A DNA stretch of 64,000 nucleotides from Lama glama. Lineage: Eukaryota. Each line of letters begins with the position of its first letter. Within the stretch, counting starts at the first letter, position 1. The notes under the pieces are model-generated. The model was not told the origin of the DNA. It did not search any database and saw only the letters and a list, made by a program, of their open reading frames with translations. A program made the position numbers and the translations under genes. The stretch is taken from assembly GCA_028534125.1 (NCBI GenBank), contig CM052816.1, forward strand, positions 14,014,001 through 14,078,000, written 5' to 3'. Shown here one piece after another: positions 11,813-24,339 of this stretch.

Positions 11813-14419
11813 TTCTAATCTTGCTAAGCCTGCAGTGACCACCAGTGTCTTGCTCGTGGGAGGCCCTCGACAGTCACTGGATGCAGTTAAATACATTCGA
11901 TGCAGGGGAGTGGGCAAGGTCAAAGACAACATAACTTAGAATTTAGAGAGCAGGTTAGAAGATGCCTCATTCTTCTATAGAAGTTAAAAAGAACCAACAT
12001 AAAAGGTAGGCTCGCTGAACATGCACGTTTTCCCCCGGAAATTGACCCACATAAGAAACACCGTCCATGTGTGTGGCTCCTAGGCTGCCTGATTCAAAAT
12101 GAAGACACTGAATTCAGTTCACCAAATGGCAGAGAATGTCCAACCTCAGAAACTGTCACGTGATGAGAGGAGGAGGCAGAGATGTGACGATAGAAGCTTT
12201 TGGTGACGCCAAGGAAATGGTGCACAGGGTTAAGGAGACCCCGTCAGAGCTGACCCAGGAAGCCCTGCATATGGAGGGCTGGAGAACTTGGGTCTGCTGA
12301 AAGGTCAATGACAGAGACAGAGCTCAAAAGGTCTTCATCCAGAAGAGGTTAGATAAAATATCCCACCAAGTCTCGCTAACCCTTTGCTTCGATCTCACGG
12401 TCACTAAAACCAGTTCAGCTCCTTGATACTGAAAATGCAATTCCCAGAAGCACATCACAGGTGTTCTCCCAGCGGCGTCGCTAAGTCAGCACTCAGGCTT
12501 ATGAGTCGGGCTGTGCCGCTGGGGACACAGCCTGGAAGGACTTAAGACGGGCTCCCCTGCGGTAAGTCTGAGTGAGCCCCGGGCTCCGACGCCCAGCGGC
12601 AGTAGGTCCAGCCCGGCCTCCACTGCTTCTATGGGATCGTGACCACTCCTCTTCTGTCTCACAGGTTCTGACCTGGGGTGAGAGAATGGCTATAAAAACA
12701 AATTCACTGATGCAAGAATTTCACTTGTCACTAAGTAACACATCAGTCATCTCTGGGAATGAAGGCTTTTCCCCACTTCTCTCATTTACACCTACCTGAG
12801 GGTATTTTTTCCCTTCCTACCATTAAACGCAACTTGGGTTTCCCAGCATCAAATCACCGTTCCCTACTCGCAAATGGTAACTACCGGCAGAAATTAAAAG
12901 CACTGGACCCCTCACATCTGCATTCTGACCACTTCTTTGAGATCACAGAGATCTCTTGTGTTGTCCTGTGGTTTTCTGACTTCTAAGAGCCTCCATGGGC
13001 ACCACCGCACGGAATTCTCCCAATACCAAAAGGTGGGCAGAGAAATGGTTACTCCCCATTTTAAAGAAAAGGCAAGACTCTAGGCGTCTACACGAGTGAC
13101 TCAAGGCCCAGGGTCCCAGAGCTAGAGAAGGCAGAGCTGGCCTCAAACCCAGGCCTGCTGACTTCTGCCTGGAGCCCTTTTCCTGAGCTGCATGACCACA
13201 GGGGCCACAACCTGCCCTGGCCCTGACGACGCTTCACCTGGTAGTCACTGTAACAGCCACTATGTGAATAACGCCAGCATATTCACAAGCAATGGTGCAA
13301 ATCCTGGCCCTCCTTACTTACCAGGGGACTCTACACTGGGTGCTTAATCTCAACTCTGTCATTAAAGACAAAGGTTAAAAAAAATTACATGGTAAAATGC
13401 GGATTTAAAAATTAATAATAAACAATGTTTTTAAATAGCTAACATTTACAGAAACTAGCAAGGGCCTGGGGAAGTCTCTCAGAGAGGGTAGTACCAGCCG
13501 GGCTCACCTTAGGCTGAGCACCTTGGCCCCAGACTAAGAGGGAGCAACTTGGCTTTGTCGGTTCTTTCGGAATTGATCAGACTCAAGGTGGGTCCGACGT
13601 CTGAGCCTTGTACCAGGCACCCCCACAACCCCCACTGCCTCTCAGCATGGCCAGAGCAGGCCTCGTAACTGCCCAGCTGGGTAAGACAGTCATCCTTCCA
13701 GACCCTCAGTCTCTTAACGACTCTAATTGCAAACACATTTCCTTACACCATGCTCCAACTCAGGCAAACAGGAGACAGAAAAACACTTAAGAGCCCTCAA
13801 CGTCAAGGGGCATCGAGGGGCCGAGAGCATGACCTTTTCTGGCCCAGGTGCTGAAAACTAAGTGTCTCTCCCCAGCTCCTCCCTCCCCCCAAACCAGGGG
13901 GGGAAGCAGCTATGCAGACCTAACTGGGGCTGTGCCCACATGCAATTTGGGCTCTATGGTTCCTGGCTTCTTTTAATCAGCCTCTGTCTTGCCAGGGTCT
14001 TGGCCTATCAAGCACCAAAAAAAGGCTGCCTCCTCCTTCCTTTCGAGCATTTTAAGGTCAAGTGCATTTGGTTAACTGGGTAGGCTGCCCCTCAGACTCT
14101 TCCTCCGAGCCACTCCAACATGCCCTGGTTGCTACCACTACAACACAAGGTGGGCCCTCTAACAGAAGTCACACACTGGTCCCCAGGTGACCTTGGCTCA
14201 GAAATGGCATCTCCATGTGTCTCAGGACAGAAGTATCCGGGCATTAGCCTTGATTCTTGCTTTTCCCTCAACCCTACAACTCCCCAATTCTACCTCCAAA
14301 ATACATGGCAAGTCTGTCCATCTCTCTCCATGTCCACTGCCTCTCCTCTAGGCCAAGCTAGGCTCCCGAACAGCCTCCTACATGGTCTGTCCCCTTCCCC
14401 TCTTGGCCTCTGGCACACC

Positions 14420-14775
14420 GGTAGTTATCCTCCAAGCTCATTTGCTTCTTGGGGCACTGGGAACACAGCAGCCCACTCCAGGACTACATTTCCCAGAGTC
14501 CCCTGCAGCTCGGCTGGCCACGTAACTCTCCACCTGCCAGCGAAATGGGAGTGGAAACGATGTGTGCAAATTTTCTATTATTTGTTTAAAAGGAAATGGC
14601 TGGCCAGGATTGCCTCCCTGACTCCCTTTCTCGGGGCTAGAATGCAGACCAGGAGCTGAGGCAGCCATGACCGCACAGATGAACAGCCACCCATGGATGG
14701 TGAACAAGACGGGAGGAACCTCAGGTCTATGATGATCTGGTGGAGGAGAGCTGCCTCCAAGGCTGGATCATTCCA
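14420..14775 (+). mobile_element. MLT1 (ERVL-MaLR, MLT1J-like) LTR fragment
   Basis: GACTACATTTCCCAG..CCCTGCAGCT and GAAATGGGAGTGGAA..GATGTGTG are MLT1 hallmarks. Confidence 0.6.
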
Positions 14776-16291
14776 GCTCGTGTGACAAGGAGAGACCGGA
14801 GGGCAGCAAGACTAGAAGCAGAGAGATCACTGTCAAGGCTCCTGCAGGGCAGAGAATGGAACAGATTCCTGACTTCCACACTTTGACAAAGGTGTTGGTA
14901 GCACTGGAAGTGATGAGATGTGCTCACACCCTGGATGTAGACTGTAGACATGATTAACTGCATTTCCTAGTAAATTCTACTTGGGGGATGAGAGAAAGAG
15001 AAATCAAGGAGGACTCCCAGGTTTTGAGCCTGAGCGAATAGGAGGATGAAGGGCCCGTTAATGAAAGAAGCATGACAGTGGAGAATATATGGGAAGAATG
15101 CCCCGGAATGAAACTTTGGACCTGCTGAAGAGGAGAGGTGCCCAGAGCCTGAACCTGGAGTCAGGACTACCTGGATTGACGCTTAACCCTGTGACTGCAA
15201 CCAAGCTACTCAGATCCTGGGCACCTCGTGTTCTCACCCGTAACATGAGGACTGATCACGGCCCCCGCCTCACAGAGCTGATATAAAGAGGAAGCGCACG
15301 CATTCCAGCCTTTCTTTTGTGCTGTTTGAATCTTCAAAAAGGCTCAGAACTTTGAGATCAGGAAGAAAACTTCCCTCATCTCTAGGCCCGCTTATCCCAG
15401 CTCAAATAACACTAAGCCCCCAAGATTTTGAAAGCAGAGATGTGGCTGTCTGCTGTGGTTTGGGGACAGCTGTGAGGAAGCTTTCAAGGCAGCTGGTACA
15501 GGCATCTAACTAGAACATTTTCTTCACCTCAGATTCCTGGCAACACAAGGCCTGCAGTTAGAAGGGAAAGGTTTTAATTACAAGGCCACCTGTCCAGCCA
15601 TTTGAAGCCAATCCCAGCCTTTGGCTGGTTACCCCGTGGGCAATGGGGCAGTGAGGGTAGCCATGCTCAGAGCCCCTAACGTCTTTCACATTTCATGGCA
15701 CTGTAAGATCCGGGAGAGATTTACAGCTCTTGGAAACAAGCCTCCGTCATTACTCCCCTTCGCCCTTTGTTATGAAGGATGGAGACAGATATCAAGGGTT
15801 GGGGTCATGGAGAGCCTGAATTCCATCCCCTCCTTTCCTGTGTTCAGGATAAGGTGGCCCCAAAACCAAACGATCTTACATTCTTCAAAGCTAACTACAC
15901 GCCTCTAATTACCCCTCCAAATGGAGATAAGTGGTTTCTCAATTATTAATTGTCCAGTGACATTTTTAGACTGAGAGATATATAAAATGCAAGCTGGCTA
16001 TATTCAAACCTGTACATTCAAAATCAAAATTAGTGGAAATTCCTAATTCTCAACACAGGAAGGGAGGGAGGCATGGAGGGAGGGAGGGAGGGATGGGAGG
16101 AGAAAAGAGAAGAGAAAAGAGAAAAGAAAAGTAATGAACCATTTTCAGGGGTGTTATTATTTAGACCATGTATCACCATACAAAAATTCAAATATTTCCA
16201 ACTTCAGCCTTTTCGTTTTAAGGAATAGACAAAGGCCACAGGATAATGTGAGCCCAAGTACAAGAGGTGCCAGAATTAATTAAATTGCAGA

Positions 16292-16691
16292 TGGTGGTAG
16301 AGACCGGGTCACTATTCATTAAAACAGGTTCCATTTCTTCTGGGGTCCAGAGCTGGACTACATTTTCCAACCTCCCTTGTAGTAAGTGTGACCACGTGAC
16401 TGACCTCTGGCCAGTGGAATGGGCAGAAGTGACAGATGTCATTTTAGGACCATTAAAATCTCCCATGCCTAATACTCCGTGTTCTTTCCCCTTCTGTGTG
16501 GCTTCGGAAGCTACAAGTTGAAGAGGGTGGAGCCACAAGATGGAAGGAACCTGGGAGCCCAAAGGACTGCTTAGAGGAGAACCAACCTGCTGACCACAGA
16601 CATCCGGTGGGAAATAAACTTGTACATAATAAGCCACTGAAATGCTGGTGTTTATCTGTTAATGGCAGCTAGTGCTCCGTGAACTAATACA
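16292..16691 (+). mobile_element. MLT1 (MLT1H/I-like) solo LTR
   Basis: GACTACATTTTCCAACCTCCCTTG, CTGGCCAGTGGAATGGGCAGAAGTGA, GAAATAAACTT..TAAGCCACTGA; ends ACTAATACA. Confidence 0.7.
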
Positions 16692-18759
16692 TAGCTCAGA
16701 TCTTATCCATCTCCCCCAGACAGTCTCGCTTTGGCATTTGCAAATGCTGCATTTTCGTAAGACCATGTCGAAGATTCTAAGTAAAGTCACTCAACAGACT
16801 ACGATCAACACATGATACCAATGCTGGCCCTATCAGTCTCAACCTCGTGACTCACCTGACTGAAAAGTGATGTCCTCATCAGGAATACATTAATCCATAA
16901 AACCGCATGCACCAAGAACAAGCTGTCATTTTTTTGAAAAGGGAAAAACTACATTTAGCAAGACAACAGTTCCTAAATAAGTAATAGGCAGGAACTAAAT
17001 AATCCATTAGCTTGCTGTAACAGTATAAAGAGCATTTCCTCTACTGACTGGCCACGAGCTCTACGAGGGCAGGGACTGTGTTCATCCTGCTCACTGCTGC
17101 AGCTCAGGGTGTGACTGGCACATCGTGGGCATTCAACAAGCATCTATCCAATGGACAGACAAGAAGATGAAAGGATGGACTTGCCTCTGCTCACCTCCTT
17201 CCTCACGTTCACACACCCTTCACTCTCTAAATACCTAGCACGCGTATAACGCTTCTGCCACAGGGCCACTGCACGTGCTATTCCTTCCGCCTGAAATGCC
17301 TTATCCCTCCTCCTCGCCTTCACTGTCTCCTTTGCCCGGTTACTCCTATCCCTTTTCCAGATCTCAGACTTCCCTTCTGTTTAATTGTACATTTCTGTGT
17401 GTGATTGTCTCCATAGCACTTATCTCTTTCTGAAGTTACCGTATTTATTTGAGCATGTGTTAATTACTTGTTTCTTCAGAATCCCATCAGCAGCCTTGAA
17501 TGCCCCATCCACAAAGATCTCCCAATGCCCCCCTAACAACAAGGTACGGCCCAAAGAAAGCCCTCAATAATAGGCTGACTAAATGACTGTCAGGTACCAT
17601 TATTCTCATTCAGTTAGGTGATTTTATCTAGTCGGCCCAATCACTAGGTTTTTCATTCTTTCTATTTTACTATCACACAGAGATAGATAGATATCTGTTA
17701 CTACCAATGAGATGAAAAATCATCAATATGATACTAATACCACAGAATCAAAAAAAGTGACCTATCACTTACTCTCTTGCCTAACAACTGGGTATTTAAT
17801 GCCTTCTCTGTGCAGGCACTATCTCAGTTACCATAGGGAGATATTAGGATGAATTAAATAGACTTCCCTGTCCCCATGCAGTTTACAAATCATGTACCAA
17901 GAGAATATTTGATAATATTAATGGTGGATTTTCCCCAGTTTTCCTTGTATCCATGGCCCATGCCCTAATCAGTCTACCAGGCTAGTCTGTGTTCCTTCTC
18001 AAAGAAGGGATGAGAAAGCAGAAGTTCAAAAGAAATTTTTCTAAGTCTATACCCTGCGGGCAATGGAACAGATTCTGGCAACGAACACTTTGGGGGAAAA
18101 CAGGTGATAATATAAGGCTTCCTGACTCCAACCCTTCAAGCAGGACGACCTCCAAGGAAGAAGGAAACATGAAAACTTCCGGACAGGGTTGGAAGTGCTG
18201 AGAGCAGGACTGCCCCACGCTTGGAGAAGCACCGAGACCTCACATAAGCGGTACAGCGATGTGAGACACTACACTGCTGGGCAGCGTGCAGAGTCCCCCT
18301 GCCCCAGTGGGGCACAGAGCAGAGGAAAGGCCCTGTGGGTCCCAGAGAGACACCAATGCAGTGAAGACAGTAAAGCTGCAGGTCCTCAAGAGGCCTTGCA
18401 AAGGGAAACACGGGGTTAGGCAGCAGCCACCTGCAAGTCCAGCGACGGCAGACTGGCCAGAGCGCTGTACATCCCAGCAGATGCCAGCTGGACAGATGGC
18501 ACCTGAGGACTCAATATACCACCTCGCAGAGATGCCCTGGCCCCAATCCTCTAGAATTTAGAATGCTGCCTGGGGACAAGGGGAGCATAGTGAGGAATGG
18601 GATGGTCTATTCACAAGCAGATGGAGAGTTCAGAATGGAAACTGAGTTTAAGTTAAATTGACCTTGTGGCACTGAGAGTCATCCCCGCTCTACAGGTTTG
18701 AAAGTTAAGACCAGTGTGAATGTAACCATGCTAAAAAAGCAGAGGTCATCACAGTCTGG

Positions 18760-19370
18760 AGAAGTAAGAAGGGCTAGGGAGTTGGGGAGCCATCGAAGGC
18801 TTCAACTGAAGGCTTTAGGAAGGAGGTGAAACATGTGCTGGGGTCTTGGACTGGAAGAGTTTTGAGAGGCGGGATGTGAAGTCATGAGGGTGGAGAAAAA
18901 CGCATTTCAGAAGTGAGAAAGCACAGGCAGAGATGCAGAGGCAGGGAAAGCTTTGTACAAAACAATGATTCGTCCAGTTGCCTACAGCTCCTAGCGTATG
19001 TAGGTGAGAGCCCGATATGAGTGACATAATGGAGAGCCTTAAAGGACAGACCAAGGAGTTTGGTTGCTATACGGTAGGTGGGGAATCACACCAGGTGATC
19101 GAGCGGTGGATGGTATGGTCAAACTTGAGCCTTGAGAACGCTGAGCTCACAAGGATCGGCTGAAGGAAAGAGAATGAATGGAGAGGGACCTGAAGTGCAG
19201 GGGGAGCTCAGGAATTGAGGAAAAGAACGGGGAGGAAGGAGCTCAGGATGGTTACAAGGTCCACCTGAGGGAATGGTAGCACTTAGGAGAGGCAGAAGCA
19301 GAGTTTAGCTTAGAGTAGAATGCCTAGGTTAGAAATATGGACGTGGATCTCAGAAAAAAGGAGAAATATC
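18760..19370 (-). mobile_element. L2 LINE fragments
   Basis: L2-like blocks GGAGGTGAAACATGTGCTGGGGTCTTG and GGAGAGCCTTAAAGGACAGACCAAGGAGTTTGG. Confidence 0.5.
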
Positions 19371-19458
19371 AATACTCGGCATTAGTTGTCACAGCTGGAA
19401 GGAACTTTAAAGATGCCCTAGACCACTGCTTCTCAAACCTTAGAAGTATATATGTGAA

Positions 19459-19780
19459 GTAAGCATCACCTCGCACTGGTCAGAATGGCCATCATTAAAA
19501 AGTCCCCCAATGATAAATGCTGGAGAGGGTGTGGAGAAAAGGGAACCCTCCTACACACTTGGTGGAATGTAATTTGGTGCAGCCACTGTGGAAAACAGTA
19601 TGGCGATTCCTTAAAAAGCTAAAAACAGACTTATCATATGATCCAGCAATCCCACTCCTGGGCATACCATCCAGAGAAAACTCTAATTCAAAAAGATACA
19701 TGCACACCAATGTTCATAGCAGCACTATATATAATAGCCAAGACATGGAAGCAGCCTAAATGTCCATCAACAGATTAGAT

Positions 19781-19837
<57 letters not shown>

Positions 19838-20278
19838 GGAATACTACTCGGTCATAAAAAAGAATGAAATAATGCCATTTACAACAATATGAATGAACTT
19901 AGAGATTATACTAAGTGAAGCCAGACAGAGAAAGACAAACACCATATGATATCAGTTATATGTGGAAACTAAAATATGATACAGATTTATTTATTTACAA
20001 AACAGAAATAGAATCACAGACATAGAAAACAAACTTATGGTTACCAAAGGGAAAAGGGGATGAGGGATAAATTAGGAGTTTGAGATTAGCAGACACACCA
20101 CTATATATGAAATAGACAAACAAGGTCCTACCCTATAGCACAGGGAACCGAGTTCAATAGCTCATACTAACCTATAATGGAAAAGAATATGAAGAAGAAG
20201 ACATGCATAACTGAGTCATTACGCTGTACACCAGAAATTAACACAACACTGTAAACCAACTGTACTTCAATAAAAATA
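19459..20278 (+). mobile_element. 5'-truncated L1 (ORF2 C-terminus plus 3' UTR) with TSD
   Basis: ORF 19517-19759 encodes the L1 ORF2 C-terminal motif [30 protein letters not shown]. Flanked by the direct repeat TATATATGTGAA (19447-19458 and 20279-20290). Confidence 0.9.
19783..19835. repeat. (CA)n microsatellite inside L1
   Basis: Perfect AC run of about 26 units. Confidence 0.95.
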
Positions 20279-20459
20279 TATATATGTGAATTTTCCCTCC
20301 ATAAAAACATAAATAAATGAACCTCCCAAAGTATATCAATCATTGAGGATCTTCTTCAAATGCAGATTCTAAGTCAGGAGGTCTGTGGTGAGGCCTGAGA
20401 TTCTGCATTTCGAACAGGCTCAGGGCTCTCCAGGGACCACACTCTGAACAGCAAAGGAT

Positions 20460-20714
20460 TAGACAAAATTTCGCCAAGTAAAATATGTATGTGTCTGATA
20501 GCACATACGAAGACTTCAGGTGAGTCATAAACATTCTATTTTAAGATCTGCACACATTTTCTCTCCTCATCGTCTTGTGAAGTCTCCTTTAAATGCATTT
20601 AAGGATTAAAACATTGACTTGAAGAAAATATTAATAAATAATAATAGAGGAGGCATGCACAGGTGGCAAAAATTGGGCAGGGGGCCTGCAATTACTGAAG
20701 TCTGGGGAATGCTT
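20460..20714 (+). mobile_element. MER112-like hAT-Charlie fragment
   Basis: AGAAAATATTAATAAATAATA..GGCAAAAAT..ACTGAAGTCTGGGGAA resembles a recalled MER112 terminus. Confidence 0.45.
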
Positions 20715-20981
20715 CTAGGAAGCATCCGAGGATACTTGCAGGAAGAGGAAGAAATTGCAGTTTAGATGGTGGTGATGCCAGAGTGAGATGTGTTGCTTGA
20801 TGGAGAGAGGTGACTAAGAGGAGGGTGACTAACCTTTACGAACATTTCTGGAGACTGTGAGCCCAGCACTGACCTGGAGAATATCATCTACTCTGTGAGG
20901 TCAGGGTCACTATTGTCCCCAGTGTCCGGATGAGAACACTAGAGCTCAGAGAAATGGTTCACGGTCAAAGAGCCAGTCAAA

Positions 20982-21122
20982 GGCAGGAGGGTATAGCTCA
21001 GTGGTAGAGCACATGCCTAGCATGCATGAGGTCCTGGGTTCGAGCCCCAGTACCTCCACTAAAATGAATAAATAAACAAACCTAATTACCACCCCCCAAA
21101 AAATAATTAAAAAAAGAAAAAA
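20982..21122 (+). mobile_element. tRNA-derived SINE (camelid Vic-1-like)
   Basis: GGAGGGTATAGCTCAGTGGTAGAGC head, Pol III A box (20994-21004), B box GGTTCGAGCCC (21037-21047), AAACCTAATTACC tail and A-rich end. Inserted in a MIR. Confidence 0.9.
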
Positions 21123-22489
21123 GCTTACTAGTGAGCCAGAACATGAACCCAGCTCTGGGGTACACCTTTCCCTCCATCGCACCACACCCCGATCCAGCAG
21201 GCTGGATGCTTCGACAAAATTCTTCCAACGCTGCTACTGCTCATTTTCCTATAATGCATTCAGTGTAACTTTGTTGCCTTAATACCAGCAAGAATTTTGT
21301 GATTTCAAATTCACAGAATTCTGTGTTTTTCTAGCTTGGGTATTCTCATTCGCATTTTCAAGAGGACAAACTGAACCTAACCAGGGTCACACTATCAGGA
21401 CTCAGACCTTAGTTCTCTCTGACTCCAGATTCAAAGCTTTTCCAACAAGCCTACCCCGACCTCCACTTCTCTTGGTGTGTGACTTGCTAGTAAGAACACT
21501 TTCTTCCCCAGACAGGAGTGGCTTCTTACCATTTGCCAAACACATGTCCCCCACCTCACTCTCTGCCCTGCTGGACACATGATACCGCTTAAACCGATTC
21601 AGGCTTTAACCTATAATCTCGGTGTCAGTTGGTGGCTAATAGCTGCCTTGTAACTTTAATAGGTGCCCCAGATCTCCGGCAGGTGCAGACAAGCCACAGA
21701 GAACCCCACTTTGAATCTCTGCATGCTTGAACCATCCCTAGATTATAAACCAAATCACACAAGTCAGTGTCAGGCAAGGCCCTTAGTTTTACCAGCATTG
21801 CTACAGAGATTTTTTTTTTTTAACCAATCTTTGTCTTAGATGTTACAGAAAGGAAAGGTGCTATGAACAGCTCTCCCAGGGGGCTAGCAAATGATTCTTC
21901 TAAACCAAGATCTACTCACATGGCATCAAAACCTAAACCTGGAATACTGTCATTTTGCAAGGAGAAAGCATTCCAGAAGCAAGGATTTAAGTGTGAGACA
22001 AATAACATTTACTCCAGATTCTGGCCTTAATCCCTTCTAATTTATGTTAAACATGGCATTTTAAACAATCACTAATTTTCTCTTGGAAGAGGACCGCCTT
22101 CTAGAAGGGCCAACAGGGCAAGAGCAGGCCTCACCTTTTAGTCCTCAAGTCGCAGAGGGAGAAGACAGGACAGAAAGTCCCTTGCAGGGAACAGTGCCTG
22201 GACCCTGAGGGTTCTGGCCACATGAAGGGGGAGAGAGGCCCATCTGAGGTAAGGTGGGCCTTCTAGGGGCCTGACCACTCCATACACTTCCCCCAGCCCT
22301 CCCACACCCATCCTCACCCCTCCTCTGGGTGTGGTCCTGGCGGTGTCAACACCTCACCTCACTCCCACACTTGGGAGCAGGGCGGGAAAGCACAGGAGCT
22401 GAGACAGACCTCAGCCTCGCTCTACCTTCCTTCCTCCCGGTCATGTTCTTCAAGCAGAATCAAAGCTCTCGGCGATGCCTGGAAGGAGA

Positions 22490-22745
22490 CGGCAAGCACG
22501 GGAGCTGGGAGCCCAGACTCTGAAGTCACCCCACTGGGGCTCCAACCCTGGGCCACTTACTAGCTGGTGACCTCGAGCAAGCCAGTCAAGCCACTGGAGT
22601 CTTAGATTCCTCATCTGTGAGACAGGGGGAGCAGTAGGAGCCACGTCACAGACGGTGTGAAGACAGTTAAGTCACAGAAAACGCTGAGCATGGGGCAGAG
22701 GACGCAGCGCGCACGGAGCGCGTGCTGGCTGCCATGACGACGGCG
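22490..22745 (+). mobile_element. MIR SINE with GC-enriched 3' end
   Basis: Core CCACTTACTAGCTGGTGACCTCGAGCAAG..TTCCTCATCTGTGA; the tail is strongly shifted to G/C (see findings). Confidence 0.7.
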
Positions 22746-23734
22746 CTGATGCCGAGATCATCACGACTACAACGACCACAACGACCACAATACTCCTTCT
22801 CATCCTCACGACTCCAGCTCCACTCTTGTCTGCGCGGCTCCCGCAGGGCGGCGAGACCTCGGCCTCGCGGATCCTTGTCCTTTTGCTTCTCCGCAGCTGA
22901 TGCCCCCGTCCACCAAAATGAATTCCAGGTCCCTCCTCCCAAGGAGACAGACTCTCTCACACAGTGCTCTGGGGGCAATGCTAAAGGACGCCAGTGCTCT
23001 TCATTTTAAGTACCTCAAACTGCGAACGGGCTGATGTCCCTGATGGTTGTTGTCTCAAGTGCACGTAACTCCGAAGTTCCTGCCCAGCCATTCAAACCAA
23101 ATGTCCAGCTCACCTCTTTCCCTCCCCATTCCCACGGAATTTTATGAATTTCTTTGAAGGGAGAACCATGGATTTGCCAAGTCATCTAGTTTATGAATGC
23201 TGTGGATACTCTGGTAGTTGTTACACGGTTTGAAGACACACCATAAGCAGAGTCGTTAAAAATAGTAACTGAACAGAAATTTATACCTTAAACAAATCAT
23301 TCCAACAGATGGGACTTAAAGCATTTATTATCCCCCTCTGGTCTGGGACTTTTCAAACACTGCATTTCCAGCCGGCCAGACGGGGAGCTATTTGATAGTA
23401 CCTCTCTGACCAATTACATACTAATTAAAAGCCCTCGGTGTGGGCTGGAGGTAGCAGCCTTGCATATGGACTTTAATTACTGGGCCCTAGTTTTGCCAAG
23501 AAAACACAAAGGGCTTTTCTGGCTGGATGCGGAGGCTTAGAATGAACATATGGCCTGTGTGGGAGGAGGGGGTGGGGGCTAAGAGTGTAATTCTAAACAG
23601 GAAGTGGCGTATCCCCCCTCCCCTGAAAGTAACTACGTACCAGGGTTGTACAAAATCCCCGGTCAGCCCATGGAACACCAGGCATGCTGAGTGGGCAGTG
23701 AGCTTCCAGCCTGGACATGTCATTCCATCCCAGA

Positions 23735-24339
23735 GCCATCTCTGGATTGGAAATCTTTCTTGTCTCTCTGGCCTTTTCTTGTCATTTTTTGGATGAGAAC
23801 TTCAGGTCTCTCCCTAGGTTTCACTGAGCCTGGGGCAGCACAGTATTCACTTTGGGCTAACCAGAATCTATTCCCCCATCTCCTGGCTATGCTCTCCCAA
23901 GCTCCCCAGTCCACAAGGCTCTGGCAGGGAGGAGCATGTGGCCCAATTCCAACCAATCAGCACAATTTAATCCCTCCAGCCACAGCATTTGGTTCAAGGA
24001 TGGGCCTCTGACCCAAACCAATACCATCAGCATGACTTCCAGGATGTGCATGGAAGCTTGCGCTTGGGCAGACACGTTCCCTATCCAAGCTGGGGGTGGA
24101 TAGGTGATGAGGCTGAAGCTGTGGCTTGCTGCCACGAGGAAGAATAGATTTGAAAGTGAAAACGACCCAGAGGAAGCAGAACCAAGAGAGAAAGAGGGAA
24201 ATCACAACATTGCGATAGCATTTCAGGTCCTGGATCAAGCCATTCCTGAATGAATCCACTCACAACTTTTCAGTACTGGAGCCTATAAATAAATTTTATG
24301 CTTAAGTTGGCTTCGGTTAGACTTTCTGTCAAATTGCAA
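23735..24339 (+). mobile_element. MLT1K/L-like LTR
   Basis: CCAATCAGCACA, TTGGTTCAAGGATGGGC, TCCTGGATCAAGCCATTCCTGAA, ATAAAT..GCTTAAG..TTCTGTC. Confidence 0.6.

Larger units (their letters stand above)
19424..20457 (+). mobile_element. MER5B-like hAT MITE split by nested L1 insertions
   Basis: 5' part CACTGCTTCTCAAAC at about 19424; remainder at 20337-20457 (GGATCTT..AAATGCAGATTCT..GGCCTGAGATTCTGCATTT..GGACCACACTCTGA). Confidence 0.7.

Noticed and set aside
12461..12561. Possible plus-strand exon ending at GTAAGT
   Set aside because: Weak polypyrimidine tract, no recognisable peptide and no partner exons.
14120..14659. 179-aa ORF
   Set aside because: Lies across L2 and MLT1 fragments.
20982..21060. 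tRNA-like sequence (also at 47321 and 54314)
   Set aside because: These are SINE heads with SINE-specific tails, poly(A) and TSD, not tRNA genes.
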